DNA of 64,000 nucleotides from Candidatus Danuiimicrobium aquiferis (GTDB lineage Bacteria > Omnitrophota > Omnitrophia > Omnitrophales > Danuiimicrobiaceae): NCBI GenBank assembly GCA_001804285.1, contig MHFR01000051.1, positions 46,926 through 110,925 of the forward strand, read 5' to 3'. Below the pieces are notes generated by a model that was not told the origin of the DNA, did not search any database, and was given only the letters and a program-made list of their open reading frames with translations. Made by a program: the position numbers and the translations under genes. Below, one piece after another: positions 37,908-46,653 of this stretch. Every line of letters starts with the position of its first letter. The stretch's first letter is position 1.

Positions 37908-38378
37908 ATGATAAAAAAACCTCATCCAGAGAAAAAATATTCTAAGGTGGATTTGGAAAAGATACGGACGAGAGCGAGGGAAATATGGAAGAGGAAATGT
38001 CAATCACTTAATACTGCGCTTGACGATTGGCTTCAAGCAGAACGGGAACTTCGGAAACAACTTGGGATAGAGCATAAAAGTTCTGCGGATTATACCGCTG
38101 AAGAAGTTAGACAAATAAAAGAAAGGGCGGAAGCTGTCCGACAAGAAAAGATCGGGACATTGCGCACGGCATTTAACGACTGGATCGAAGCAGAGCAAGA
38201 GCTCAAAGCGGAATTAAAGAAAAGGATTAATGTAAACGGCCTTTTTGATTTATGGTTTGGAGAAGCATCTTCCCGTGTTACCTTGATATTAAAAACAAAT
38301 CCCGTGGCCTCTTCGATTGCTATTGATGAAATTTTGGGGCAGCAATATGTTGAATTAATGGCAAAGTGTATGACCTGA
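37908..38378 (+). CDS. DUF2934-like small protein with two DWxxAExEL repeats
   Basis: AAGGACAC RBS, then the ATG at 37908. The repeats are RAREIWKRKCQSLNTALDDWLQAERELRKQLG and RAEAVRQEKIGTLRTAFNDWIEAEQELKAELKK. The ORF-track upstream extension from 37590 is probably non-coding. Confidence 0.5.
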   Translation: MIKKPHPEKKYSKVDLEKIRTRAREIWKRKCQSLNTALDDWLQAERELRKQLGIEHKSSADYTAEEVRQIKERAEAVRQEKIGTLRTAFNDWIEAEQELKAELKKRINVNGLFDLWFGEASSRVTLILKTNPVASSIAIDEILGQQYVELMAKCMT

Positions 38379-38394
38379 ACGATATTTAAAAAAT

Positions 38395-38560
38395 TGCGAG
38401 CGAAAAGTTGCTAACCCGACCTTCTCATCGATTTTGCGACTCAACGAGAAGGCCGCTTTTGGCGTAATATGTTGCGCCAAAAGTTTTGCGCGCTTGTTAA
38501 ATCAGGGCTTACGAGCGGAATTTCTTATTGGGGATGAGAAATCCGGGCTAACAGTACGCT
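38395..38560. repeat. Family-B repeat, left copy (inverted orientation), immediately 3' of the ROK kinase gene
   Basis: Its reverse complement aligns with 39597-39800: TTAGCCCGGATTTCTCATC..AATAAGAAATTCCGCTCGTAAG / CCCTGATTTAACAAG.GCGCAAAACTTT.G.GCGCAAC ... CAAAATCGATGAGAA.GTCGGGTTAG. Confidence 0.75.
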
Positions 38561-39511
38561 TTAGGGTGCGATTTTCCGCGATTCCAGAACGAGTGCCAAA
38601 ACGCCGAAATCCGCAACTTTATCTTTCAATTTTGACCGGATAATTTTACAAGTTTTATAAACCGCCGGCCAGGTTTCCCTTTTAATGGCCGCAATCATTG
38701 GATCCCAAAAATAGTGAACTTCTGACATCACTCCACCGCCTAAAATAATCGCTTCCGGATTCAATAGGTTAATCACATTTGCCAGGCCAATACCTAAATA
38801 ATCAGCAGCAATCAATCTGGCGCGAATCGAAAGCCGATCACCTTTTTTAGCCGCTTGGGCAATGGCCGAACCGTTCACAGACGTTTTGTGATTTAGATTC
38901 TTTTTTACATAATTCTCAATCGCTGTTCCGCTTGCATAAGCTTCAAGGCAACCGCGCTTTCCGCAATTGCATTTGATTCCGTTCGGGACAACTGTCATAT
39001 GACCAAGCTCCCCTGCAACTCCCGACGTTCCTCTCACCAAACGTCCATTGGCAAAAATTCCGGAGCCGATACCTGTGCTGACGGTAACATACAAAAAATC
39101 GCTGAATTTTCTACCTTCGCCAAAATAGCTTTCTCCCAGTGCGGTTACATTTGCATCGTTATCGACGAAAACAGGTAATTTTAATTTCTTCCGAAGAATT
39201 GATTTAAGCGCGAGCCCGCGCCATCCGGGTAAATTAGGCGATTTTAGTACGATTCCATTTTGAACATCAATATGTCCGGGAACAGCAACTCCAACACCCA
39301 AGATTTTGTTTTTCGATAGATGATATTTCGAGACAAGAGAATGAATGGCGTCACAAATTTCCGAAATGGATTGAACCGGTTTTTGTCCGGATCGTGAAGA
39401 GAAACGGTTATGATCTAAAATCTTTCCTTTGGTGGTTCCCAAAGTCACAGAGGTTTTGGTTCCGCCAATATCAATCCCGATGAGATATTTTTTCTTTATG
39501 TGTGCCATCAT
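38561..39511 (-). CDS. ROK-family sugar kinase (glucokinase-like)
   Basis: MAHIKKKYLIGIDIGGTKTSVTLGT ... plus the ROK Cys motif region CNCGKRGCLEAYASG. The ORF-track N-terminal extension (MIFEFEISDFGIREF...) translates a family-B repeat, so the internal start is used. Confidence 0.8.
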   Translation of the reverse strand: MMAHIKKKYLIGIDIGGTKTSVTLGTTKGKILDHNRFSSRSGQKPVQSISEICDAIHSLVSKYHLSKNKILGVGVAVPGHIDVQNGIVLKSPNLPGWRGLALKSILRKKLKLPVFVDNDANVTALGESYFGEGRKFSDFLYVTVSTGIGSGIFANGRLVRGTSGVAGELGHMTVVPNGIKCNCGKRGCLEAYASGTAIENYVKKNLNHKTSVNGSAIAQAAKKGDRLSIRARLIAADYLGIGLANVINLLNPEAIILGGGVMSEVHYFWDPMIAAIKRETWPAVYKTCKIIRSKLKDKVADFGVLALVLESRKIAP

Positions 39512-39519
39512 ATTAGTGC

Positions 39520-39870
39520 GATGCTTCTTAATTCGCAAAATGCCGAAAAATCCGAATTCGCGAATACCAAAATCCGAAATCTCAAATTCAAATATCACAA
39601 AAACTGTTTTAGCCCGGATTTCTCATCGCTAATGAGAAATTCCGCTCGTAAGAGCTGTGGCGCAAAGATGGTTTGCATCTTTGCGACGCAGGGCTTATCT
39701 TTTGCACCCTGATTTAACAAGGGCGCAAAACTTTGTGCGCAACTGATTGCGCCCAAAGCGACTTTCTTGTCGATTCACAAAATCGATGAGAAAGTCGGGT
39801 TAGAAATTGAGACATTCGAATTTAGGGCTTGTTTCGGATTTCACAATTTCGCGTTTCGAAATTAACCTTG
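39520..39870. repeat. Family-B repeat, right copy, immediately 5' of the ROK kinase gene. It carries a ~55-bp internal insertion relative to the left copy
   Basis: ...AAAATCCGAAATCTCAAATTCAAATATCAC ... TTTTAGCCCGGATTTCTCATCGCTAATGAGAAATTCCGCTCGTAAG ... CCCTGATTTAACAAGGGCGCAAAACTTTGTGCGCAAC ... CAAAATCGATGAGAAAGTCGGGTTAG ... ATTCGAATTTAGGGCTTGTTTCGGATTTCAC. Confidence 0.75.
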
Positions 39871-39908
39871 GAAAACAGTACCCGTACTTTGGGAAGGGGT
39901 ATCGTTGT

Positions 39909-40493
39909 TTACTCATTTTGAGAGGCTTTAATCGCAATGGCCAGGTAATTAGCCACTGCTTTTTTCTTCAAATCGGCCGTTAACTGATTTCTGAAAGAAT
40001 CTGAGCCTTCATATTGCGTTCCGATTTTTTTATAATATTTTTGTAGGTCCTCATAACTCTTATCCTCGATGACGTTGATCTCTTTTCCGTCAGTATCATA
40101 CTGCCAAAGCGCTGCCTGAACGAAACCGTTTTCATCAACCGCACATTTTATGTAATAAGATCCTGCGCCACCCAAGTATGTAAATGCAGTCGAAAGCTCG
40201 TTCGGCGAGACAAAATACTTGCAATCTTTTCTATCGGCCAGAGAACCGTCCGCATACAGCGGAACAGGAATTTGTTCCCCGTTTCGCACTTTACCGGTCT
40301 TGATTGCAATAAAATTATTAATTTTTTGCGCAAGAATAGACTCTATGTTTCGATTTTCGGCGCTGTCCCGAGGTGCGGCCACTTCTTTAATTTCATTTCG
40401 TCCCAATAAAGGATTTTTCGCAAACGCTTCGGGCAACACGCATATTTGCGCTATTCCCGCAATCAGCATTATTTTAAATAAAACATTTTTCAT
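39909..40493 (-). CDS. Hypothetical secreted protein (signal peptide)
   Basis: MKNVLFKIMLIAGIAQICVLPEAFA looks like a signal peptide. No family was recognised. It is flanked by family-B repeat fragments. Confidence 0.5.
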   Translation of the reverse strand: MKNVLFKIMLIAGIAQICVLPEAFAKNPLLGRNEIKEVAAPRDSAENRNIESILAQKINNFIAIKTGKVRNGEQIPVPLYADGSLADRKDCKYFVSPNELSTAFTYLGGAGSYYIKCAVDENGFVQAALWQYDTDGKEINVIEDKSYEDLQKYYKKIGTQYEGSDSFRNQLTADLKKKAVANYLAIAIKASQNE

Positions 40494-40531
40494 TATTTCT
40501 CCCTTTTTCGCCCTGATTTAACAACGGCGGG

Positions 40532-41770
40532 TTAGGGTCTGACAATTAACATGCAACCCTCAATATCCATCCGGATTACTTTCAAAAAGACATCGTCTCC
40601 TTTAAAATTCACTTTATCAACAATTCCGCCATCATCGTCATAATCAAACGTCCCGTTACCGCCGACATTCAAAAGGTCGTAGCCTTGCCTGATGGATGCC
40701 TCTTGAAAACTGTCAAACATCAGCTTGTTTTCCGGATAGAAGATTTCTTGTCCTTTTATAACGGGGCTCCCATCCGCAATTCCCAGTTGCAATTTAATCC
40801 GCCAAGATTGCTGATCTGTTTTAGAATAAATCTTCAATTCGATCATCGCGCCTTCTCGAATCTCTGAGAAGTTGAGTAACTGAAGCGCCCGGATATCTTC
40901 ACTATTCGGAATCGGAAATTCTAAACCCTCTTTTAAAAGGATCCCTTGCCCCGATTTCCCCAGGGCCCTTACATTAATAAATGAATTTGATTTTCGTTCC
41001 AATTCTTTCCCGCGAAAGACGATGTTGCTTTCGACGGCAGTCACCTGGACCAACTGATTTGCGTCAAGGTGATCCTTGTCTTTTAATTCAAGGAGCCGGT
41101 CATACCCATCGTAATATTCGAAAGCAGCATCGGTGACATGAACGGAAGATCGATTCAAATCGAAATCAGCCACTTCGTCATTATAATGCCGGAAAATTGT
41201 GCTTTTTTCTTTGTCCCACTCATAACGCATAAGGGTTTCCGGATTTTTTCGATAATCCGGATGATAGGCAATCCGGACAGCATTTCCTTTTGAAATGGGG
41301 AATCCAAACTCGATCCATTCTTCCGTGCCGGAGTCACTTGTGTGAACAAAAGCTCTGTACGTATGAAACTCTGTTTCACCGCGAAATTTGACTTCGCCAA
41401 TAGGCGGCGCAGACCCTTTCCGAATCCGGTTGCTTAAATAAAACCGATTTCCTTTCGTCGGCTGATCGAACGCATCGAGCCACAAAGGAACGAAACTTAC
41501 CGATTTTTTTTGCGCATCTACTATTTCAACGGCATCTCGAAGGCCCTGAAGTTCGTAGTCACCTTCTGACATTCTTCGCGTCACATCTTCCGCCATTTTT
41601 GAAACAACCGCTTCTTCAATGGAATATCTCCATGCGGTAAGAGCCGTATCCAAAAGGCGCTCAATCCCAGCCGTCAATATCGACGCGATGGAAACGGCGA
41701 CCAAAACCTCAATGAGTGTTAATCCTTTTTCCTTGCGATCTGTTCTCATATTCCCCATGCAAGTCATCAT
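40532..41770 (-). CDS. Large pseudopilin (prepilin-type N-terminus; GspK-like size)
   Basis: ...RKEKG|LTLIEVLVAVSIASILTAGIERLL. Length is ~400 aa. The start is among several N-terminal Met codons. Confidence 0.6.
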   Translation of the reverse strand: MMTCMGNMRTDRKEKGLTLIEVLVAVSIASILTAGIERLLDTALTAWRYSIEEAVVSKMAEDVTRRMSEGDYELQGLRDAVEIVDAQKKSVSFVPLWLDAFDQPTKGNRFYLSNRIRKGSAPPIGEVKFRGETEFHTYRAFVHTSDSGTEEWIEFGFPISKGNAVRIAYHPDYRKNPETLMRYEWDKEKSTIFRHYNDEVADFDLNRSSVHVTDAAFEYYDGYDRLLELKDKDHLDANQLVQVTAVESNIVFRGKELERKSNSFINVRALGKSGQGILLKEGLEFPIPNSEDIRALQLLNFSEIREGAMIELKIYSKTDQQSWRIKLQLGIADGSPVIKGQEIFYPENKLMFDSFQEASIRQGYDLLNVGGNGTFDYDDDGGIVDKVNFKGDDVFLKVIRMDIEGCMLIVRP

Positions 41771-42171
41771 TATAAATCTTCGAGCAACGTCACAAAATCG
41801 ATGAGCGGTTTTTTCAAATTCTCAGCACGGAAAACCTCAATATGCATTTCAAGCGGATCGGTTCCACTTACCGGCCGGCGCAAAATCCGCCATTTCATAT
41901 CATTTAATTCAATGGGGGGCTTATCGACAGGAGGTTCCCAAGCTTCGCCCATCCGCATGAGTTGAGATTTAGAACCCCGGTAATTTTTGATATGTTCCAT
42001 GGCATTTCGTCCAAGCTGTGTCGCGATCCCAACTTCTGTATATTGAGATACCTCACTTACAGACTGTGTAAACATTTGCAGCAGAGGGACAAAACACAAT
42101 GCCATCAACGAAATAACAACAAGCATTTCAATATACGTAAAACCGCTTTCCGCCGTTCTAAATGCCTTCAT
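41770..42171 (-). CDS. Minor pseudopilin (GspI/J-like)
   Basis: MKAFRTAESG|FTYIEMLVVISLMALCFVPLL. The internal start is used because the ORF-track extension overlaps the next gene. Confidence 0.6.
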   Translation of the reverse strand: MKAFRTAESGFTYIEMLVVISLMALCFVPLLQMFTQSVSEVSQYTEVGIATQLGRNAMEHIKNYRGSKSQLMRMGEAWEPPVDKPPIELNDMKWRILRRPVSGTDPLEMHIEVFRAENLKKPLIDFVTLLEDL

Positions 42172-42535
42172 AAAAAATCCGGATTCTTCTTTGAATATCA
42201 TTGACTTCACCAATTCCGGTAATCGATAAGGTGTTTGGATCGTGAATCGCGAAATAGATTCCTTTTCCCAGTTTTCGCTTGGGAATCGATCCGAATCCAT
42301 CACCATCTCTGTCACGCATGGACTTGACCTCATTAATTCCGGCGGCAAGGCCTGCATCGGCCAAATAAAGAGCTTGAAGACGGTCCTCTTCCAAAGTCAC
42401 ATGAATCGACCGCTCATAAACCGCGCTGACTAACACTCCGCCATAAATTGCAAGCGTCGCCAAAATAATGAGAACGACGATAAGAATGGAGCCCGTTTCT
42501 GAGGATTTACCATTTTGACGGATTTTGTCCTTCAT
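42158..42535 (-). CDS. Pseudopilin-like protein (GspK-N-like hydrophobic N-terminus)
   Basis: GSILIVVLIILATLAIYGGVLVSAVYE ... ALYLADAGLAAGINEV. Length is 125 aa. Confidence 0.5.
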   Translation of the reverse strand: MKDKIRQNGKSSETGSILIVVLIILATLAIYGGVLVSAVYERSIHVTLEEDRLQALYLADAGLAAGINEVKSMRDRDGDGFGSIPKRKLGKGIYFAIHDPNTLSITGIGEVNDIQRRIRIFYEGI

Positions 42536-42956
42536 AATCTTCCCATGCCTTATCTAATTTTAAATCATAATTGACTACAACGTCTGCCTTATCCGTTAAA
42601 TAAAGCCAGCCGCCGGTGTTCGAAAAAGGCTGGTTGCTTGTCTGATTCTTTACGGTGTTATTTCCCCTCTTATCGGTGACTAACTCCGAAGGCATGGAAT
42701 TTAAATACGGTTTTTCAACCCCGACATCATTAAATGTTTGCGTCAAGAGCCCCTCCAATGTCTCGGGATATTTCCCCTCCTTCGCACGGAATAATGAAAT
42801 GCGATTCCGAAGCATGGAAAGATTGCTTTTAGTCGTTACCGCGCGGGCATCAATATCAAAACCGACAAAGTTTGGTACGATTGCCAACGCCAAAATGGCG
42901 ATAATCGCAACGACGATCAAAATTTCAATTAAGGTGAATCCAGATTTACGGGCCAT
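42507..42956 (-). CDS. gspG: Major pseudopilin GspG-like
   Basis: MARKSG|FTLIEILIVVAIIAILALAIVPNFVGF ... LSMLRNRISLFRAKEGKYPETLEGL follows the GspG pattern. Confidence 0.75.
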   Translation of the reverse strand: MARKSGFTLIEILIVVAIIAILALAIVPNFVGFDIDARAVTTKSNLSMLRNRISLFRAKEGKYPETLEGLLTQTFNDVGVEKPYLNSMPSELVTDKRGNNTVKNQTSNQPFSNTGGWLYLTDKADVVVNYDLKLDKAWEDYEGQNPSKW

Positions 42957-43350
42957 CGCTATCTACCTTTCTTTGGTAAGTTAAATAGTCTCTTGTTCCT
43001 TCCATCAAATAAACAGGATGAATGATGGGTGGTTGGGGATATAGAAAAGAAACAACCTCATAAGCTCCGACAGAAAATCTCCCGACAGTATTAAAAATAC
43101 CGCGAATGGGATCAAGCAGAATCATTTTGTCAATACGCGTTTCGACAAGCCCTGTTTCAACCGCTCGCGGCAATTCTAACGGTGAGTAAACAATGTTATA
43201 CAAACCACGCCCGAGCTTTTTTGCCGCTCGAAACACATAAAGATCCTTGCACCAACCGGTTGAACTAAACAAAAATAAAAAAAGCAAAAGCAATGAAATG
43301 AATTTATTTCCCAACCTTGCCATGAGACCGTTCCTTTCTATTATATTCAA
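42946..43350 (-). CDS. Hypothetical exported protein
   Basis: The N-terminus is hydrophobic (FISLLLLFLFLFSSTGW). No family was recognised. It is embedded in the secretion cluster. Confidence 0.4.
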   Translation of the reverse strand: MNIIERNGLMARLGNKFISLLLLFLFLFSSTGWCKDLYVFRAAKKLGRGLYNIVYSPLELPRAVETGLVETRIDKMILLDPIRGIFNTVGRFSVGAYEVVSFLYPQPPIIHPVYLMEGTRDYLTYQRKVDSDGP

Positions 43351-43364
43351 CCTGACCGATTTTT

Positions 43365-43492
43365 GTCATTCCCGCATGTTTTAGGCGGGAATCCATTGTA
43401 CCAATAGATGCTAATTGACTTATGGATCCCCGATTCCCTGGAAATACAGGGCCGGCCCTCGTCTTACCGAGGGAAAGCATTCGGGAATGACA
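43365..43492. repeat. Family-A repeat element (long variant), between the hypothetical gene and gspF
   Basis: GTCATTCCCGCATGTTTTAGGCGGGAATCC ... GGATCCCCGATTCCCTGG...CCCTCGTCTTACCGAGGG...CATTCGGGAATGACA. Confidence 0.75.
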
Positions 43493-43501
43493 CAACTCAA
43501 G

Positions 43502-44725
43502 TTACTGTTTAAAAACTTTGACCAAATTAAACACCGGCATCAAAACTGCCAATGCAATAAATCCGACGACAAATCCCATAAATAAGAGCAACAGGGGTTC
43601 CAGTGATGAAGATAAATTTCTAAGTGTGTATTCCAATTCTGTTTCATAAAACTTGGCAACTTCTCCCAGCATTTCGTCCAATTTTCCGGTATTTTCCCCC
43701 ACCGATACCATCTGTACAACCATCGGCGGGAAAATTTCTGCTTTTTGAAATAGTTCTGCCAAGTCTTTCCCTTGGCTTACGCCAATCCGGATTTGTTCAA
43801 CCGCAGCTTTCATGATGACATTGTTCAGAATACTTTTCGAAATATCAAGAGCCCTCAAAATCGGGATTCCGCTTTTGGTGAGCGCGCTCACGGTCCGCGT
43901 AAATCGCGCAATGACAATTTTCGTATAAAGTTCCCCAAAAACCGGAATCCGTAAAATGACGCCATCAAAAAAAGTCCGTCCTTTTTCGGTGCGGTAAAAA
44001 CCATTTAACAAAACAATTCCTGTCACAGTCAAAACGATAATTAAAAACCAAAACTGGCGAAAAAACGTGCTGGTGTTAAGCAAAATCATCGTGATGAAAG
44101 GCAACTCGCTGTTCGAAGCACGAAAGATGTCTAAGAATTTCGGCACAGCACCGATTAAAAGAAAACCGACCACAAAGAACGCAACACAAAGCAGGATAAT
44201 GGGATACGTAAACGCCGATTGGACCTTTGTCCGGATGTCGAGCTCTTGCATACCGATTTGTGCCAGGCGTTCCAGAACGTCGTCAAGAATACCCGCGGCC
44301 TCGCCGGATTCAATCATTCCGGTGTATAAATTCGAAAACAAATGCGGAAATTTACTGATCGCATCTTTAAACGACCGCCCTTTTTCAATGTCGTTTTTAA
44401 TAGTTTCAATAATGGCTTTAAATTTCGGATTGCGCTCCTGCCATGCAAGACTTTCCAATGCTTTAGGAAGAGGCAACCCTGAACGGACAAGGGTTGAGAG
44501 CTGTCGTGTGAAGTAGATCACATTTTCCCGCCGGACGCCTGATAGAATATCTTGAAGCTGAAAAAAAAGAAAATCTAATTGAGTGGCAGGTTCAATCGAG
44601 AGAACCCGGTACTTCCTTTCACGAAGCACTTCAATCAGCCCGGAACGGTCTTCTGCTCTCGCCACCCCTTTTATGGTTTTGCCGTACGTATCTTGAACCA
44701 CATATTTAAATGCATTCATAGGCAC
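43502..44725 (-). CDS. gspF: Type II secretion / type IV pilus inner-membrane platform protein (GspF/PilC family)
   Basis: Two GspF-type repeats and three TM segments over 407 aa, including LSTLVRSGLPLPKALESLAWQERNPKFK. Confidence 0.8.
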   Translation of the reverse strand: MPMNAFKYVVQDTYGKTIKGVARAEDRSGLIEVLRERKYRVLSIEPATQLDFLFFQLQDILSGVRRENVIYFTRQLSTLVRSGLPLPKALESLAWQERNPKFKAIIETIKNDIEKGRSFKDAISKFPHLFSNLYTGMIESGEAAGILDDVLERLAQIGMQELDIRTKVQSAFTYPIILLCVAFFVVGFLLIGAVPKFLDIFRASNSELPFITMILLNTSTFFRQFWFLIIVLTVTGIVLLNGFYRTEKGRTFFDGVILRIPVFGELYTKIVIARFTRTVSALTKSGIPILRALDISKSILNNVIMKAAVEQIRIGVSQGKDLAELFQKAEIFPPMVVQMVSVGENTGKLDEMLGEVAKFYETELEYTLRNLSSSLEPLLLLFMGFVVGFIALAVLMPVFNLVKVFKQ

Positions 44726-44740
44726 CGCAATTTAGTTGAT

Positions 44741-44875
44741 GTCATGCCCGCACGCTTAAAGCGGGCATCCACAGCTTCTGGATTCCCGCTTTCGCGGGAA
44801 TGACAAAGAAACATATGCCCTTTTACAGATAATTGCTTCAAAGTATTAAACAAATACAGTTATTTAGCCTTCTCT
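44741..44875. repeat. Family-A repeat element + conserved ~55-bp extension, between gspF and the secretin
   Basis: GTCATGCCCGCACGCTTAAAGCGGGCATCCACAGCTTCTGGATTCCCGCTTTCGCGGGAATGACAAAG, then ...CCCTTTTACAGATAATTGCTTCAAAGTATTAAACAAATAC. It is near-identical to 50770..50905. Confidence 0.8.
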
Positions 44876-46620
44876 TTTTTTCCTGCTTTTTTACTTTCGC
44901 GAGAAAATTGACGATCAAACGTTTTGGATAAATAAAGACTGTCGGGATAATTTTTTTTGAGTTTCTGCCACATCGCAGCCGCTTCTGCATGATTCATAAA
45001 AAAGTCAGCATACAACTTCCCAAGTTGATAATAAGCATCATCGGCCCATTCAGAGTCCGGATAATTTCTCGTGATCATCTTAAAGAAACCGACCGCTTCG
45101 CTATTCCTTTGATATTCACTTTTCCCCAATGATTCAATTCCATATTCCTCTAACAAGCGAACCCCCCGATTATATAAAGCCCGGGGAGACAGTTCATCCG
45201 AAACAGGCTTATTCTCTTCCGGTTTCATAGGCCGTACGATATAGGGGGTGATAAATACCGACAATTCGCGGGTCACATATTTGGTGCTTTTATTCCGAAA
45301 TGCTACCCCCACAAGAGGAATACTTCCTAAAATGGGGATCCTTTGCTGAATTACAGACTGGTCATGCCTCGTTAATCCGCCAATCACAACAGTTTGCCCG
45401 TTTTTAACCAGCACTTTTGTGGTAGCTTCCCGAGTATCAATTCGCGGGCCGGCATCGAGCGACTGATTTAACGAGCTCACCTCAGGATGTAATTCGAGTA
45501 AAATATCATCCCCGCCAACGACTCGTGGAATGACTCGTAAAGCAGTACCGATATCGATAAACTTAGTTGTTTCAGTTGTTCCCACTGCCGTTAATGTGTT
45601 TTCGCGAAACGGAAATTTTTCACCGATGATAATTTTTGCTTCTTCCCCATCGAGCGCGCAAATGGTCGGACTTGCGAGTAAAGATGCTTTATTTTTCCGG
45701 ATCAACGCATCAATCGTACTGGTTGCATGACCTTTCCCGAGCGTCAAGCCGTATTTCAGCTGTCCACCGGTTAAATCGGTAGAAGTTTCGGGCATCGATA
45801 GCGCAAAATCAGCTGAGTTATTTGTGGTTGTTGTCGTCGCGGTTGAAGCGGCTCCCGGCGGAAGATAGGTGCGCGCCCCTTCGGGTGTCCAATCCGATTC
45901 AATTCCCTTAAGCATACCTCGTAAATTCGCATTTCCAGTCCAAGTCACCCCCATTGCGGTTAAATCAGAAATTTCAACTTCAATCAGTCTCGCCTCAATC
46001 AATATCTGGTATGGCGCATGGTCTAATTTTTGGGCCTCTTCAAGAAGCGTTTTCATTTTAGTCGGCAAATCCCTAATGATTAACCGATTTTCTTCGTCTA
46101 CAGCTTCAATACTTCCCTTGTTACTCGAAAACGCCGACAACGACGTTTTAACAGAGGATGGTTTTACGTAGGTTACGGGAATAATTTCCGTCGCAAGTTC
46201 GTTTTCTGGCGCCACCACCGTAATAATATTATCTTTCACTCGATAGACATACCCTTTCGACTCCAAAATGAAATCCAGGGCATCCTCTAAACGGACATCT
46301 TTTAAGGTGATGGTGACGGTTCCCTTCACATCTTCTCCGGCTACGATATTTAAATCGAACGACTCCGCAAGCCCTCGTAAAGCGCCTCGAATATCAGCCT
46401 CCTGCACGTCCAATGAAATACGTGTATCTAAAATATTAACATTTTTTTCTTCTTTAATTTCCTCAGCGAAGAGGACTCCTGTTTTAACCTGGAATAGGCA
46501 TAACAATAGCGATAAAAACAATGGCAGAACTTTTCTTTGTCCCAAACAGACTGTTTTTGCAATGGTTCGCAAGAAGGATTTGATTTTTGCTTTGGATTTC
46601 ATTTCCATTGTTTTCTCCAT
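44860..46620 (-). CDS. Secretin (GspD/PilQ family) with C-terminal TPR-like extension
   Basis: The secretin C-domain is VVIGGLTRHDQSVIQQRIPILGSIPLVGVAFRNKSTKYVTRELSVFITPYIV. There is a signal peptide. The C-terminus YYQLGKLYADFFMNHAEAAAMWQKLKKNYPDS looks TPR-like. Confidence 0.85.
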   Translation of the reverse strand: MEKTMEMKSKAKIKSFLRTIAKTVCLGQRKVLPLFLSLLLCLFQVKTGVLFAEEIKEEKNVNILDTRISLDVQEADIRGALRGLAESFDLNIVAGEDVKGTVTITLKDVRLEDALDFILESKGYVYRVKDNIITVVAPENELATEIIPVTYVKPSSVKTSLSAFSSNKGSIEAVDEENRLIIRDLPTKMKTLLEEAQKLDHAPYQILIEARLIEVEISDLTAMGVTWTGNANLRGMLKGIESDWTPEGARTYLPPGAASTATTTTTNNSADFALSMPETSTDLTGGQLKYGLTLGKGHATSTIDALIRKNKASLLASPTICALDGEEAKIIIGEKFPFRENTLTAVGTTETTKFIDIGTALRVIPRVVGGDDILLELHPEVSSLNQSLDAGPRIDTREATTKVLVKNGQTVVIGGLTRHDQSVIQQRIPILGSIPLVGVAFRNKSTKYVTRELSVFITPYIVRPMKPEENKPVSDELSPRALYNRGVRLLEEYGIESLGKSEYQRNSEAVGFFKMITRNYPDSEWADDAYYQLGKLYADFFMNHAEAAAMWQKLKKNYPDSLYLSKTFDRQFSRESKKAGKKEKAK

Positions 46621-46653
46621 ATACTTTTATCTCGCCCGAGTTTTAAAAATGAT

